This document shows, piece by piece, positions 23,601 through 34,508 of a stretch of DNA of 64,000 nt (positions are counted from its first letter, which is position 1; the number at the start of each line of letters is the position of its first letter). Origin of the DNA: Macrostomum lignano. Its lineage: Eukaryota. The stretch lies in the NCBI GenBank assembly GCA_002269645.1, contig NIVC01000679.1, forward strand, positions 62,001-126,000. The letters run 5' to 3'. The notes below the pieces were generated by a model. That model was not told the DNA's origin. It did no database searches and worked only from the letters and a program-made list of their open reading frames with translations. The position numbers and the translations under genes were made by a program.

Positions 23601-26600
23601 ATTTCTACAGTAGCTGAGAGCATATTATATTAAAAATATGCAATATTTGGGAAAGCTTTCCTATTCTCAAGCAGAAGACAACCATCATTAAAATCTTTCA
23701 AGTTTTACTGAAATAACAAAACTAAGGCTGCTAATGAATTTACAAAAAACCGTACACTTACGACGTTCTCCCGAATTTCAGCAAATGGTCCTCTGTGGTA
23801 TCCGCCTTCTAATTTTTCAAGAATAATCTCGAGAATCGTTCCAGTCATTGGTAGCTCGAGTAGTGTTATTACATTCCCTTCGTTAAATATTGACATTAGA
23901 ACATTCTAAAAAGCGAAAAAAGACAAACGCCAATACAAATACAAACGAATACTAAAAATGTCTACACATGTAAAACGATTCTAATACACAGCAGCACAAA
24001 CCTTATCCGCAAACTCTAACAGTTTTCGAAGCATTTCAGTGCAGAATTGACTGAGGTCTATTGCATCGACTGACTCGTACACTCGAAGCGAAACATAGAA
24101 TTGATTAAAACTCTGTCAATTGTCGAATGCGAGAATAAGTAATGATTTAAAAAACAAATGTTTATTTAAATGAGCTTAACATACCTGAATAGTTGCTAAT
24201 AAAGACTGAACAGTCTTCTCTAGTCGATAATGGGTGACCAATCTATCAGCAAGTTCTTTAAAGCGATATGTAGCTTGAGCCTCTTGTTCGTTAGAGAAAA
24301 AGTCAACCAGAGATGCGTCAATCTGCTTGCGTCTCTTAGTCTCCAGAAGGCAGCGGAGAGCGAAATCAACCGACCGAAACTGCAACATTAAAGTCATTTC
24401 ACTCCTGCCATGCGAGTAGAGCGTCTTCTGTTGGACAGCATGCGCCAAGTCGAGTCCAACGAATTGGCAAATGCTTAACGATGCCGGTGCTAGTTCAGAG
24501 ACCGGACTGGCTTCCAAAAGGTTCTAAAAAATTAATAAGACAAGACACCAAAGAATGGAGGTAAAGTATGCCGATTTAATTTTTATATAAAATCAAAAGA
24601 AGAACTAACTTCAGGCTGGGTTTTTTTCATCCAAAATCCAGTTGCCAAATGGCAACTGGAGCTCAAAATCTAGTTGCCAATTGCCATCCTCAGTTGCCAA
24701 CTGGCAACTGACCTATTTCAGCGTCCCACTTTATAAAGTTGTTTTTGCAACAATTTTCACGCATTGACGAAAAAATAATATGCTCGAATCAGCTCAGGTT
24801 TCAGGTTTTCAGCCAAGCCAATCTTAGCAGTAATAAAATGTGACAGACTATTTTATCATTGGCAACTGCCTTGGTTCAAGTTGGTTGCCAGATTGGCCTC
24901 TGATGCCACAAATCCAGTTGCCAATGGCTTTTTTGGGTAGCCGGTGGCTACCGTATGGCCTAAAAAAACCCAGACTTCAGGAGGATGAGCTTCATGTTTT
25001 CAATTTTATAAGACCGAAATTTCACAACGCCGAAATGGTCCTTCACAAGACCGACACTTCATAAAACAAAATTTCAATCGTAGAAAACTTAATACAACAT
25101 GTACGATGTACCATGCAGAATTTTCGGCGTTGTGAAATTCCGGTCTTATCAAGCCCTCTTTGCAATGAAAGATTGAAAAAAACTACATAGAGAAATCACA
25201 TTTAAAAAATCTCAAATGCTGTCATCAATTATAAAAAACTAAATCCTGTTAAGTATATAATGAGTATTTAACGCTACGGCAAGTACAGAGTAACAAGTAA
25301 CGATATGTTAAAAGAAAACTACTAACCATTAGTTGCGCATGAAATCGTTGAAGTCCCGACGGACTCGTGCGCACAAAGTAAACAGCAGTAGCCAGTTTAA
25401 CTTCGCCAGGCATATGTTTAAGCTCAAATAGTTGAGGCAGATTATCTTCTCTGACAACTGTTGCACAGAATCGGCATAATAATGGATCTACAGCTCCGTA
25501 CTTCTCAATGAGCAAATCTAACCACTTGAAGTCGATTCTGAAATACGTAAATACACATTTTTTAAATTTCTTTGTAAAGTGCTACTGAGAGATATACAGA
25601 CTCTCTTTGTAAAAATACGGCTGCTTCTTGGATGGGTTTTGTAGGGTGCATCGAGCTGACATCTTTTACTTTTTAACAATTCACATAAAGAACCATCTCT
25701 CACTGAGAAAATCCTCACTGAAAATAAACTATTGGTAAAATGTTATAACTATAGAATAATAATTGATGAATCGCATGACTAACTTGACTTTTCTTAAGTT
25801 GTCGTCAAACTGGCGCAGTTTGTAACAAGTTCCCCACCAAACCGGTTCACTATTGTCGTGTTTCCAACCGTAGGTCGCAAATACCACATCTTCGGTTAGC
25901 GGGCTCACGTTCCAAGCTAACAAGTGTATGGCGGGCACCAGAAACAACAGCTCAGGATAGAAATCGCTACCGTTAAATACGATAACATCAATTGCATCTC
26001 GAAATTGTTTCAGAACTTCGCTGGAAAATGTAAATGTGACAAATTTTTAAACAATTTAATTAGAGACGTATGGATAAGGAATTGAGAGTATGAGCATGTA
26101 AATTGAATTAGACAATAGTATACCTGCTTAAATTCAGTGGATTCCTTCCGCTAGCAGACACAGGCGGAAGAATCGAAGTCAGTAAAGCCTTTGCACTGGC
26201 CTGCTTCAACTGGAAAGACGCACCGTGCTTAATAAAGGGAAACAGTCGGCGGTTGGCGCCTAAAATGAACAAGCTGATATTTGCGAGCCACTGTTCCCAG
26301 CTTTTGTCTTCGGCAGTAGAGAACCCGTAGGCATCGGGGGTGTCCGCGATTTTTTCAAGAATCAGCTTCAGCATCTGAAAAGGAAAAAACTCATTAGGAT
26401 TTGAAGCTAACTTCTCATGTTTTAATCGTAGTGATGTAACCACGCTATGGTCGCGGGATTGTGGGGGGGGGGAATTTTTCTCCTACTGGGCAGAGCTGTC
26501 GAGACTGGGCCGGTCCCTGATGAGGCCAACTGACTCCCACCCTGCTGCATTCCCTGCTGTCTCTGTCCCGTCTCCCACTTAGCCACACTTGCCTTTCCGG

Positions 26601-29600
26601 AGCCCCCTATGTGCACTTCGCCTGCCTCCCAATTTCTCATGCGCCCCCATCCGATTTATCATGTACGTCTCATGTTTCTCATCTTTTCTCATCATGTTTT
26701 AGCTCGTTTTTCCTGCGCTGTCCCCTCCTCATCCCGTGGCTACTTACAGTATTGTTTGTACTCACCATTGCCTCATCTCGTTTTAGAATCCCAAACGGTG
26801 ACGCGAGGCTTCTGACCCCTCCTTCACCCCGATGACTCATCACCCTACTCTTGCGCAACTTTTCTCATGCTATTGTTCTCTTCTCAAGATTTCTCATGCG
26901 GCACCCACCCCTCTGCTCCTATTGTTCTCGTTTTTTATTTTGTTCTCTTTTCGCACCTAATTATGACATTTTCCCAGATTTTCTCGTTCCATTTTTCTTC
27001 TTTTCGCACCCAATTAGCACCTTTTTCTCAATGTTTACTTTTCTATTGTTCTCGGTTCTCCCCAATTATCCCCGATTTCCATTTTCTTTGTTCTCGGTCT
27101 GGATCCCATTGTTCTCAATGTTTGCTTGCGCAACACTTCTTCGACCCCCGCTGTGCTCATTATCCCCCACCCCTCCTCCGGATTGCGCAATTCTCCCATT
27201 TCTCGTGTTGCTATGCCATTCTCATGCTTCTCATCATGACTCATTCTGACGTCACTCGCCCGGCAGCCAATCAGAGAGAGGGAGTCATGAAAACGACCTT
27301 AGAGCGGCGGCCGTGACGACTATTTAAGGAAGTGATTTTCGGCGTGAGAACCTCCACTTGTCTTCCCTCTCGTTCTATCTTGGAACCTGCCGTCAGACGC
27401 CGATCTGACTCCCCATTCGTCTATAGGACGAACCTCTGCCGGCGCGCGGTCTGATACCGCCTAGATTCCTCAGCTCCCCAAGTGAGCTCATCTGCCGGCC
27501 CGCGGTCTGATACCGCCCAGCATCCTCAGCATCACCTGAGCTACATCAGCGCATCGGCGCTTCAGCGCATCGGCGCTTCAGCGCATCGGCGCTTCAGCGC
27601 ATCGTCGCTTCGCTATCTGCCTGCCCGCAGTCCACAGTCGTCCTCGGTCACTCCATCGCTCTCTCTCTCTCTCGAACTGAGCCAATCGTGTACCGTACTT
27701 TGCTGTATTTTACTCAATAGTGAAGCCGCCTAATTGCCTGATTATTTCGCCTAAGGGCATAATTATTAACCATTAGTATACTAAACTCCTCATTATTCAC
27801 ACCTTCACCATCATTTCACTCATGGCTTGCTAAGCCTTTCTCCCTGGGTGGCAAAGCATAAGGAAGTTTGGGTAAGCTAATGGCCTCTCCTCGTGCAAAG
27901 CCCACCTGTGTGCGTGCAGTAGAGGGAGTTATTGAGTCATGGCACAGAATGGCAGTAGGAAGGTTGCAACACCCTGTTTACGCGTCCCTTCGCCCTGAGA
28001 AATCTAAACTTTAGCTAGTACATGTTCAACTCACACTACTCTTAGTAATTGGAGCCGCAAGTCCACCTCGTTCACAGCCACAAAAGATCCCCTGTCGAGA
28101 AATCCTCCAGATTGATCTTAGAGTTCCCGAATATGCCCCAAAGCAGGGTCCCTGTACTCAGCTACATGCGTCTCCCCTGTTAGACTAAATCCCCTGGTAA
28201 CCAATCCAGGCGGGGCTCTAGCCTCGAAAGGTCTGGTGGTAAGATCCAGGTGCGCCAGGTCACATAGAGTGATGGCAGCCATTCGGTCATACTATGACCG
28301 AGTGATCAATTATTGCACCTTGGCTACAGGTGGGGTCCATGTGGGTTATTGGCCCTCTGGTCACGAAAGCGCTACCAAAGCTATCAATCATGTGGGCGGG
28401 ACAGTCTGGTGCTGGAGGTCCGTCAGGTCATTGCCCGGTCATAGGCAGCCTACGGTCATTGCCCCCTATGGTCATACGCTCTCCTCCCTGCGGAGCGGAC
28501 GGCCATCAAGGGCGGTTATATCAGTAGTAACATTAAAAAAGTAATAAACACCTTTGGCGGCAATTCCTTGATCTTGTAATCATGAGGATCCATTAGCGTT
28601 CTGGTTCGCTCAAGCATGGCCTCAATTTGATTAACTACAGTTTCTGGCGGGACTTTCTTATCACGCAACTCCAACAGCATGCTGCTCGCAACAAAGCGAA
28701 ACTGCGTCTCAGGATTGTGCGCTGAGCGAGTACCCGAACTCACAGGCTGGTCAGGGCCACGAATGAGCCCGTCAAAAACCATGATCTGCTGATCTTGCTG
28801 ATTGCAGTCCATCAGTCGGATTTTTATAAGTTCATCTTGCCAAGTAGGTTCATTTAAGTTGGACTTAACAGAATATTTGTAGGCAACGCCGTTTAAAAGT
28901 AGCTGTTTTGGTAGATCAAAAGAAGCACAAATCTGGCTAATTTTACCGAAACTTTCATTTATGTTCTCGTTCTCTGGTTCAAATGGCTTCACACAATCTT
29001 GCCTAACAACAAAAGGACTGTGCACTGCACTTCCATTGCCAAGTTTGGGATCCTTAAGCACTAGCAATATGCTGTCTCGTTCCGGTTTGAATTTAAACGA
29101 ATCATAGTGGATAAAAAATCTCAGCTTAACTTCAACCAGCGACTGATTAGGAAACTCTTTCATCACGAAACGAGTAGAGTGATCGACACAGTCTATTTCT
29201 GCAGATGAATTCCTGTTCGTTTGAAACTCTCGCACAGCTGATGGTTGTGCTACATTATCGCTAGTTGACTGTTTGGCGGAGTCATCAGTCATTTGAAGCT
29301 CACCCATTTTCGCGTCCAAGTTCTGTACAGCTTTATTCTTAGACTCAGACGAGGAGTTACCAGACTCCGTATTCTGACTTCTAACAGAGCTTTCATTATC
29401 ATCTGTGTCCATTGGTTCACAGTGTTGACCACTTTTTGGTGCTTGACTTTTTAAAGTGTCTTCTGCGGTACTAGCAGAGCCACTTTTCTTTTTTGTTGAA
29501 GCTTGACTTTTACCAGAGTCAGGGATTATTTTAGACTTAACACCTGGTTTAGACTGTTCTTGGTCAGTTGATTCAGTTGTCTTCGGTGACTGCACAGCTT

Positions 29601-31167
29601 GGCTGCTACTCTGACTATTTTCCGATTGGCACGTGTTCGCGTCATCAGTTTGAGCACTAATTTTGTCATGGGGATTACAGTCACCTGCGCCACCGACCGA
29701 GTCAGTTAGACTGCCTCTGATACCTGAGACACTGTCCCTGTCAGTCTCGGTCGTCTGCTTCTTATTTGTGTCTAGATCGCAATCAACAGACTCGCGGGAA
29801 GCGTCGTCAAGCTTCTGACGTTTTGTGTCATCGGCGCTTGTGTTGCTCGTCGAAGCAATCATTGTAGAAGTATCAGACTTCATGCCGTCATTAGAATTGA
29901 CTGGCGTCTCAACAGCTGCGCTTAGTCGCTTTCTCTGGTGATCTGTCAGCGGTGATAAAACTTCTGAGCCCTGGTCGGACACGCTAGAAGGCACTGAGTT
30001 ACCAGCTTCATGTGTAAGTTCACCTGCTCCCTGAGGACGCTGACTGGATGAACTCTCAGTCAGTTGCTGGACTTGGTTCTGGTTTGATGGACTGGCAGAC
30101 ATCTGAGCTGGTTGCTGCTGGACTTGATTCTGGTCAGACGGACTGGCAGACATCTGAGCTGGTTGCTGCTGGACTTGATTCTGGTCAGATGGACTGGCAG
30201 ACATCTGAGCTGGTTGCTGCTGGACTTGATTCTGGTCAGATGGACTGGCAGACATCTGAGCTGGTAGCTGCTGGACTTGGTTCTGGTCAGATGGACTGAC
30301 AGACATCTGAGCTGGTAGCTGCTGGACTTGGCTCTGCTCAGACAGACTGGCAGATGCCTGGGTGTCTAGATGCTGCTGCAGCTGCTGATCAGACGGACTG
30401 GTAGACATCCCAGTGCCTAGTTGGAGCTGCTGGTCAGACGGACTGACGGACATCCCAGCGCCTGGTTGGAGCTGCTGGCTAAAAAGACTGGCAGACATCC
30501 CAGTGTCCAGTTGGTGCTGCTGCTGGTAGACCGATGGACTGGAAGACAAAGGACCAAACAACATGGCAGATGTGTGTGACTGGGCTGGCTGCTCCGAAGT
30601 TGAGGCGACCGGATTATGCCCAGCAGTATCAGGCTGAGATTGCCCATGCTCTGAGCTGCTACCACGAGTCATTGGCCTATCAGATGTAGCACCGAATCCA
30701 GTCTCCTGTTGGAGCAGCTCTAGATGATAAAGTTGCACCTGAGTCAGCGATGTGCAGCTGCTATTTTCAGGCAAAGATGGAGGGACAAGACTGGCTTGCT
30801 CTGGTGGCAGCGGCAATGAAGAAGCTGACTGGCTGTTTGAAGGCAGACTGGCATTGGCAACTTGTTGGCCATTGCAGCAACTGCAGAAGACCTGAAAAGA
30901 ACTTTCAGCGCCGCATTCTGAGCAGAATTTGCTGCCAAGATTTTCTGCAATCTCATTGCAGTCCTTTTTAGAGCAGCGTTTCTGCCAGTTGGCAATCGAA
31001 TGTGGGCAGTGCAACACAGTGCCACTGATGCACTGGGCGCAGAAATATTCAAATGACTCGCGAGCTCGGCATTCTGAGCAGAACTTGCCATGCAGCTTGG
31101 ATGTCACAATGCTGCAGGCTGTGCATCGCTTGCGCAGCTGATTGGGTGGATGATTGCAACTTGACAT
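3969..31167 (-). CDS. RNF213: RNF213/mysterin-like giant AAA+ ATPase / E3 ubiquitin ligase, 22-exon model, about 5,375 aa
   Basis: Phase-consistent exons (minus): 31167-28552, 26374-26124, 26020-25784, 25717-25685, 25537-25327, 24523-24185, 23905-23762, ~23596-23471 (acceptor uncertain), 23410-23176, 22831-22526, 22455-15201, 15118-14464, 14035-13772, 13691-13585, 13196-12653, 12382-11942, 9878-9497, 9417-9383, 8452-7617, 5941-5677, 5283-5041, 4571-3969. Total 16,128 nt. Diagnostic motifs: GETGCGKT/FFDEVNT, GKPGSSKS/ILDEVGLAE, SDRSGMGKS, a C3HC4 RING, RZ finger CPNGHPYYIANCGQAMQLSRCPDCGSAIGGQNH, and C-terminal ISYDPDSDLLPALLANSAY. Confidence 0.92.
4612..4997. repeat. 33-bp minisatellite AAACTAGCTGTAATTTGGCTGTAAACAGAATCC in the last RNF213 intron
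   Basis: About 11-12 tandem copies, matching the 11-aa periodicity of the spurious ORFs. Confidence 0.95.
5385..5656. repeat. (GTCT)n microsatellite with GCAT interruptions
   Basis: Read directly; lies in the RNF213 intron between the exons ending at 5677 and starting at 5283. Confidence 0.97.
6341..6619. mobile_element. hAT-type MITE (279 bp) with 8-bp TSD GTGCAGGG
   Basis: TIRs CAGTGGCGTAGCCAGG / CCTGGCTACGCCACTG. Identical 8-mers at 6333-6340 and 6620-6627. Internal short tandem repeat TTTTGGCGCCGCAGGCACTCA. Confidence 0.88.
6626..7565. mobile_element. PIF/Harbinger-like MITE (940 bp) with 3-bp TSD CAG
   Basis: TIRs GGGCCCGTACTATA / TATAGCACGGGCTC, with CAG at 6623-6625 and 7566-7568. 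Subterminal GTGCTATAGA/TAGGAG motifs are in inverted orientation at the two ends. Confidence 0.7.
8795..9248. mobile_element. Inverted-repeat element with internal degenerate (CCCTAA)n telomere-like tract
   Basis: The left arm GGGGGTCGCCATCATAAGCTCAAAAAACCACATCGTCAAAAAGC mirrors the right arm GCTTTTCGACGATGTGATTTTTCGAGCTTGTGATGGGCCCCC. CTCCAG occurs on both flanks. CCCTAA-like units lie at about 8875-9025. Confidence 0.6.
9383..9417 (-). CDS. RNF213: RNF213-like 35-nt micro-exon encoding the first half of the RZ finger, (A)CPNGHPYYIAN
   Basis: Flanked by CATTTCAG and GTAAGT. Phases fit the exons ending at 9497 and starting at 8452. Too short for the ORF track. Confidence 0.9.
9905..10594. 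repeat. 46-bp minisatellite CTCACTCAGTGCCCTGTGTACACTGTGTGCTGTGGGGTGGCTGCTT
   Basis: About 15 copies; the last unit resumes at about 11856 after an insertion. Confidence 0.95.
10595..11847. mobile_element. Foldback/MULE-like non-autonomous element (1.25 kb) with long inverted arms
   Basis: 10602-~10990 is the reverse complement of ~11345-11839, including internal CGACGTTTGCC repeats. Candidate 9-bp TSD CCCTTTGTA (10586-10594) / CCCTTTATA (11848-11856). Confidence 0.78.
12653..13196 (-). CDS. RNF213: RNF213-like exon 15 with C3HC4 RING
   Basis: Extending ORF 12617..13105 upstream to the acceptor gives CSTC-EIASDQLLRLP-CGH-PL-CRNC-HANLQNASAGNT-CTHC. Confidence 0.9.
15201..22455 (-). CDS. RNF213: RNF213-like exon 11: stalk plus dynein-like AAA+ core (7,255 nt)
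   Basis: Corresponds to ORF 15197..22528. Walker A motifs at 19772-19798 (SDRSGMGKS), 18572-18595 (GETGCGKT) and 17552-17575 (GKPGSSKS). Acceptor TTTTTCAG at 22456 (phase 1) and donor GTAAGT at 15200 (phase 2). Confidence 0.93.
24616..24973. mobile_element. MITE with 8-bp TSD ACTTCAGG (hAT-like)
   Basis: Perfect 12-bp TIR CTGGGTTTTTTT / AAAAAAACCCAG. ACTTCAGG at 24608-24615 and 24974-24981. Internal GTTGCCA/TGGCAAC repeats. Confidence 0.8.
25008..25149. mobile_element. Tiny MITE with 28-bp TIRs
   Basis: ATAAGACCGAAATTTCACAACGCCGAAA versus TTTCGGCGTTGTGAAATTCCGGTCTTAT (27/28 complementary). Confidence 0.65.
26432..28523 (+). mobile_element. Solo-LTR-like insertion (2,092 bp), TG...CA termini, 4-bp TSD GTAG
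   Basis: Starts TGATGTAACCACGC and ends GGGCGGTTATATCA (11/14 inverted). GTAG at 26428-26431 and 28524-28527. Internal TGACGTCA (27247), CCAAT (27267) and TATTTAA (27321) on the plus strand. No recognisable retroelement ORF. Confidence 0.75.
28552..31167 (-). CDS. RNF213: RNF213-like first coding exon: tandem zinc ribbons, Q/S-rich repeats, CBM20-like module
   Basis: ORF 28516..31167 with two KFCSEC knuckles, 17-aa QMSASPSDQNQVQQQPA repeats, and FKFKPERDSILLVL...GVAYKYSV...VFDGLIR. Donor AAG|GTGTTT at 28551. Confidence 0.75.
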
Positions 31168-32941
31168 GCTAATTACTACATGCTGAAGTAGTTATCATGA
31201 ATATAATGACAGGTGGTTTCTATTTTTCTATTCAGTTTTTTTTTCCATTACCAGTCTATCTAATGAGTCACCAACAATAATTAAGCACCATGTAACTAAC
31301 AGCAGTATGAATAATCGCAAAAATACATTTATATTGCCTACAACTAATGAATGGGATTTTACAGTTTGCTGAGGGGTCCATGGCTTTTGTCTATGGTTTT
31401 TGTCTATGATTTTTATCTATGATTTTTATCCATGACACAAATGCATCTATGTAAAACTTTATTAAGGAGCAGTGAAAAAGCAATAAATATTGATTTGAAA
31501 ATTTAGCTAAGTTAAATGTCATGCAAAGTCATACCCATGACAATTTTGGCACCAATATCCTATTTTCCTATATAAAAAATGTAAACTTCAAAATTATGAT
31601 AGAAATATCTTAGGAAAAGCTTTAAAATGCTCACAACTTTTTGCAAGCAAATTGTATTATTGTGAAACTTAATATTTCAATAAAATAAATTAAAAGAAAA
31701 TATAGATAAAAATTTCTATTCATTTAAGCAACCCTATACATAATAACTATATATAATAAACAGTCTAAAAACTTTTATAAAATCCCTTATATTATATGCT
31801 TATATATTTTTAATATAAATAAATTACTTTAAAAAATCTAACAAAAACATAAATTAAGCAAAATAAAAATGTTAATATAATTATATTATTTATCTATTAT
31901 GCCTTTTTATTAGAACTAATTCACTATGATTATCTAGCTTTATAAGATTCATTATAATACCATAATGTAAAAATTCTATTAGACAATAATTTTATTTTTA
32001 AAAAGATTTATACTAATAAAATTAAATTTTTTTAATCGTCAATAAGAACAACTAAAATATAATGCACTTATATTTCACTATCTTTTAACTAATATCATAT
32101 AAATTAGGTATAAAATAACATTTCCTCTTATTTAAAGTTTTCATTTTTTATTTTTTAGAATTAGCCAATTATATAGCATTTTGCCTCCTTCGTTTACTAT
32201 TAAACTTTTTTGTAATATTTTTTAATTCTCCCAATAATAATTTGTTTTTCAAAAAGAATATAATACTATAATAATAAATAAATTGAAAACAAAATTTGCA
32301 AATTTAACTCAATCTATAATATTATTCTAAGACTAACTAAGCTATTTCATATACTCTATGCCAATGATGCCATTCTTCTAATAATGATTTTTTTCATTAT
32401 TATATAATATACTACTCATAAACATAGTCAGCAAGATGGCCTTTTTTATGGAAAATTCTGGCATAAAAAGGGGTTGGACATGTGCCACGCCAGAGCATTT
32501 TGGTGTAACAGTAGGCAAGGAAGAAAAATCTGGCATAGTACAACACAAGACAAAAAAAATATTATTTATTTTTATTAGCACTTTTCTTTTTGTTTTCTGG
32601 TAGGCCTATATTGACAGCTTTTATTTATGTTAACATTGAATTTTCAATGAAACAGATTCAAATACAAGTTTTACCAGTATTTTTCAATTAGAAAATTATT
32701 AATTTTTGAATTTTTTTCAAAAGTTTTAGTACACAGTGTGATCAAACTTTTTTTATAGGAATTGTTCTGGTGCACAATGCAAGCAAACCTCTTTGATAGG
32801 ATTTGTTCTGGCGCATGGCACAATCTAACTTTTTTGATAGAATTTATTCTAGCGCAAGCATGCCATGATCTTGACTATAGTATACTACTACTACTAACAC
32901 AACTAATATTGGATTTGTATTTGTATATTGCATGTTATATA

Positions 32942-33207
32942 CAGGGGCATAGCGAGGGAGGTATTGGTATATTGGCTAATACCCCCAAATTTCCAAAGCA
33001 ACATTTTTTTCCTTTTTTCAGTTGCAATTGTGACCGTTAAAGAAGAGAAAGGTATCCAAATCAAAAGAATAACAATTAACAAACAAATAGAGTAATTATA
33101 TGTATTATGCACTAGAAATACATTAAGGGGATATGTGGATCTCAAGCCCTTGCTTTCTGATAACAGCTAACCGATACCCCCAAAAAAAAATCCTGGCTAC
33201 GCCCCTG
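32942..33207. mobile_element. hAT-type MITE (266 bp) with 8-bp TSD GTTATATA
   Basis: TIRs CAGGGGCATAGCGA / TGGCTACGCCCCTG. GTTATATA at 32934-32941 and 33208-33215. Confidence 0.82.
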
Positions 33208-34457
33208 GTTATATATTTATAAAAGTTGGAATCAATTTTCAGTTTAAAAGTATAACCAGAAACTAGACACAGAAATACATTTAGGCTTAGGCCTTAGGGT
33301 GGCCTAAAAAAGTCTAGATCTTCCCTACCCTACCCTTGCACAAAGAAGACAAAAATCATTTATTATTACTTAAATTTTTAGTTTATAGTCATTTTGTCAC
33401 ATAATGCCGACACAAATACTATACATAAATTAGTAAATCAATAGAATCAAGTAACAAGTTTACTCGTTACAAGTTTACTGTTGACATGCAAATTGTTGGC
33501 TTTTAACATATAATTCACGTCATAATGAACAACATATTTTATATTTAAAATGTAAAAGTTAGGCCTATATTAAATTGAAGAAATACAATACAAAAAAAGG
33601 ACTCAAAACGCGAAAATGACATTTCTGCTAGGAACATTTTAAACAAGGAACTAAACCATTGACAACGGTGGTAATTTGAGAAAACGAAAACTGATGTCTT
33701 GGAATCAAGACTTTTTAAAATATTTTAATATTTCTAGAGTAACAAAAGTTAATCAAAGCAAAAGAAAACTGTGCATTTTTTACCAAAAAGATTTAACGCC
33801 ATTGGCCTAGGCTCGAATCCAAGTGCAGTAGCATTGTCACATTAATTTAAGGCTAAATTGAAATCTTAGCTTTGGTCCGCTCGTACAATCAACTCGGGCC
33901 TTGCTAGAGGCCACTTTTCGCCAAAAATACACTAACGGAGACAGGAAGTTTTTCATTTTTAGCACAAAAATGTTATTGCTTTTCCTCATACCCGCAATGT
34001 TCATCTTTTGATATGTTGTGCCTTCCTATAGCTCTATTGATAATTCATAAAGCTTTTCGTTCAGAAAATTAGGATTCTGTACGTGTTAACTTCTAAATTC
34101 ACTTAATTTGAATACAGTTAAAAAATTTACCTGAAAACAATTGTATATTTTTACGACTTGGATATACTACATAAAAGTATACTGACGATATAGTTCGCTG
34201 TATATTTTTTGTTCATTATTAGTTTTGATAAATAAATTAAATGAACATTTTTTGTTGTGAGACAACGCAGAAGTGTACCTATCGAAACGTTTTTTATAAC
34301 GAGCTAGAATCAATAAATACAACAAAATAGTGAAAACTTCTCGTAATAATAATTACCAACAGCTACGTCAATATGAGTTAAACTAAGGCTATGATCGGGA
34401 AAAAGAAGTTCGAGAAGCTTAAATGTACGAATAATTAGCAATAAAATGAAGCTCGAA

Positions 34458-34461
<4 letters not shown>

Positions 34462-34506
<45 letters not shown>
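34462..34506. repeat. (AT)n microsatellite
   Basis: Read directly. Confidence 0.95.

Positions 34507-34508
<2 letters not shown>

Noticed and set aside
25518-25718. ORF 25518..25718 as an RNF213 exon
   Set aside because: It needs a phase-1 donor that exon 3 lacks and has no in-phase exit; the 33-nt micro-exon model fits better.
26611-28544. Hydrophobic ORFs inside the LTR-like element as membrane proteins or gag
   Set aside because: Pyrimidine-rich low-complexity DNA with no gag, RT, RNase H or integrase motifs.
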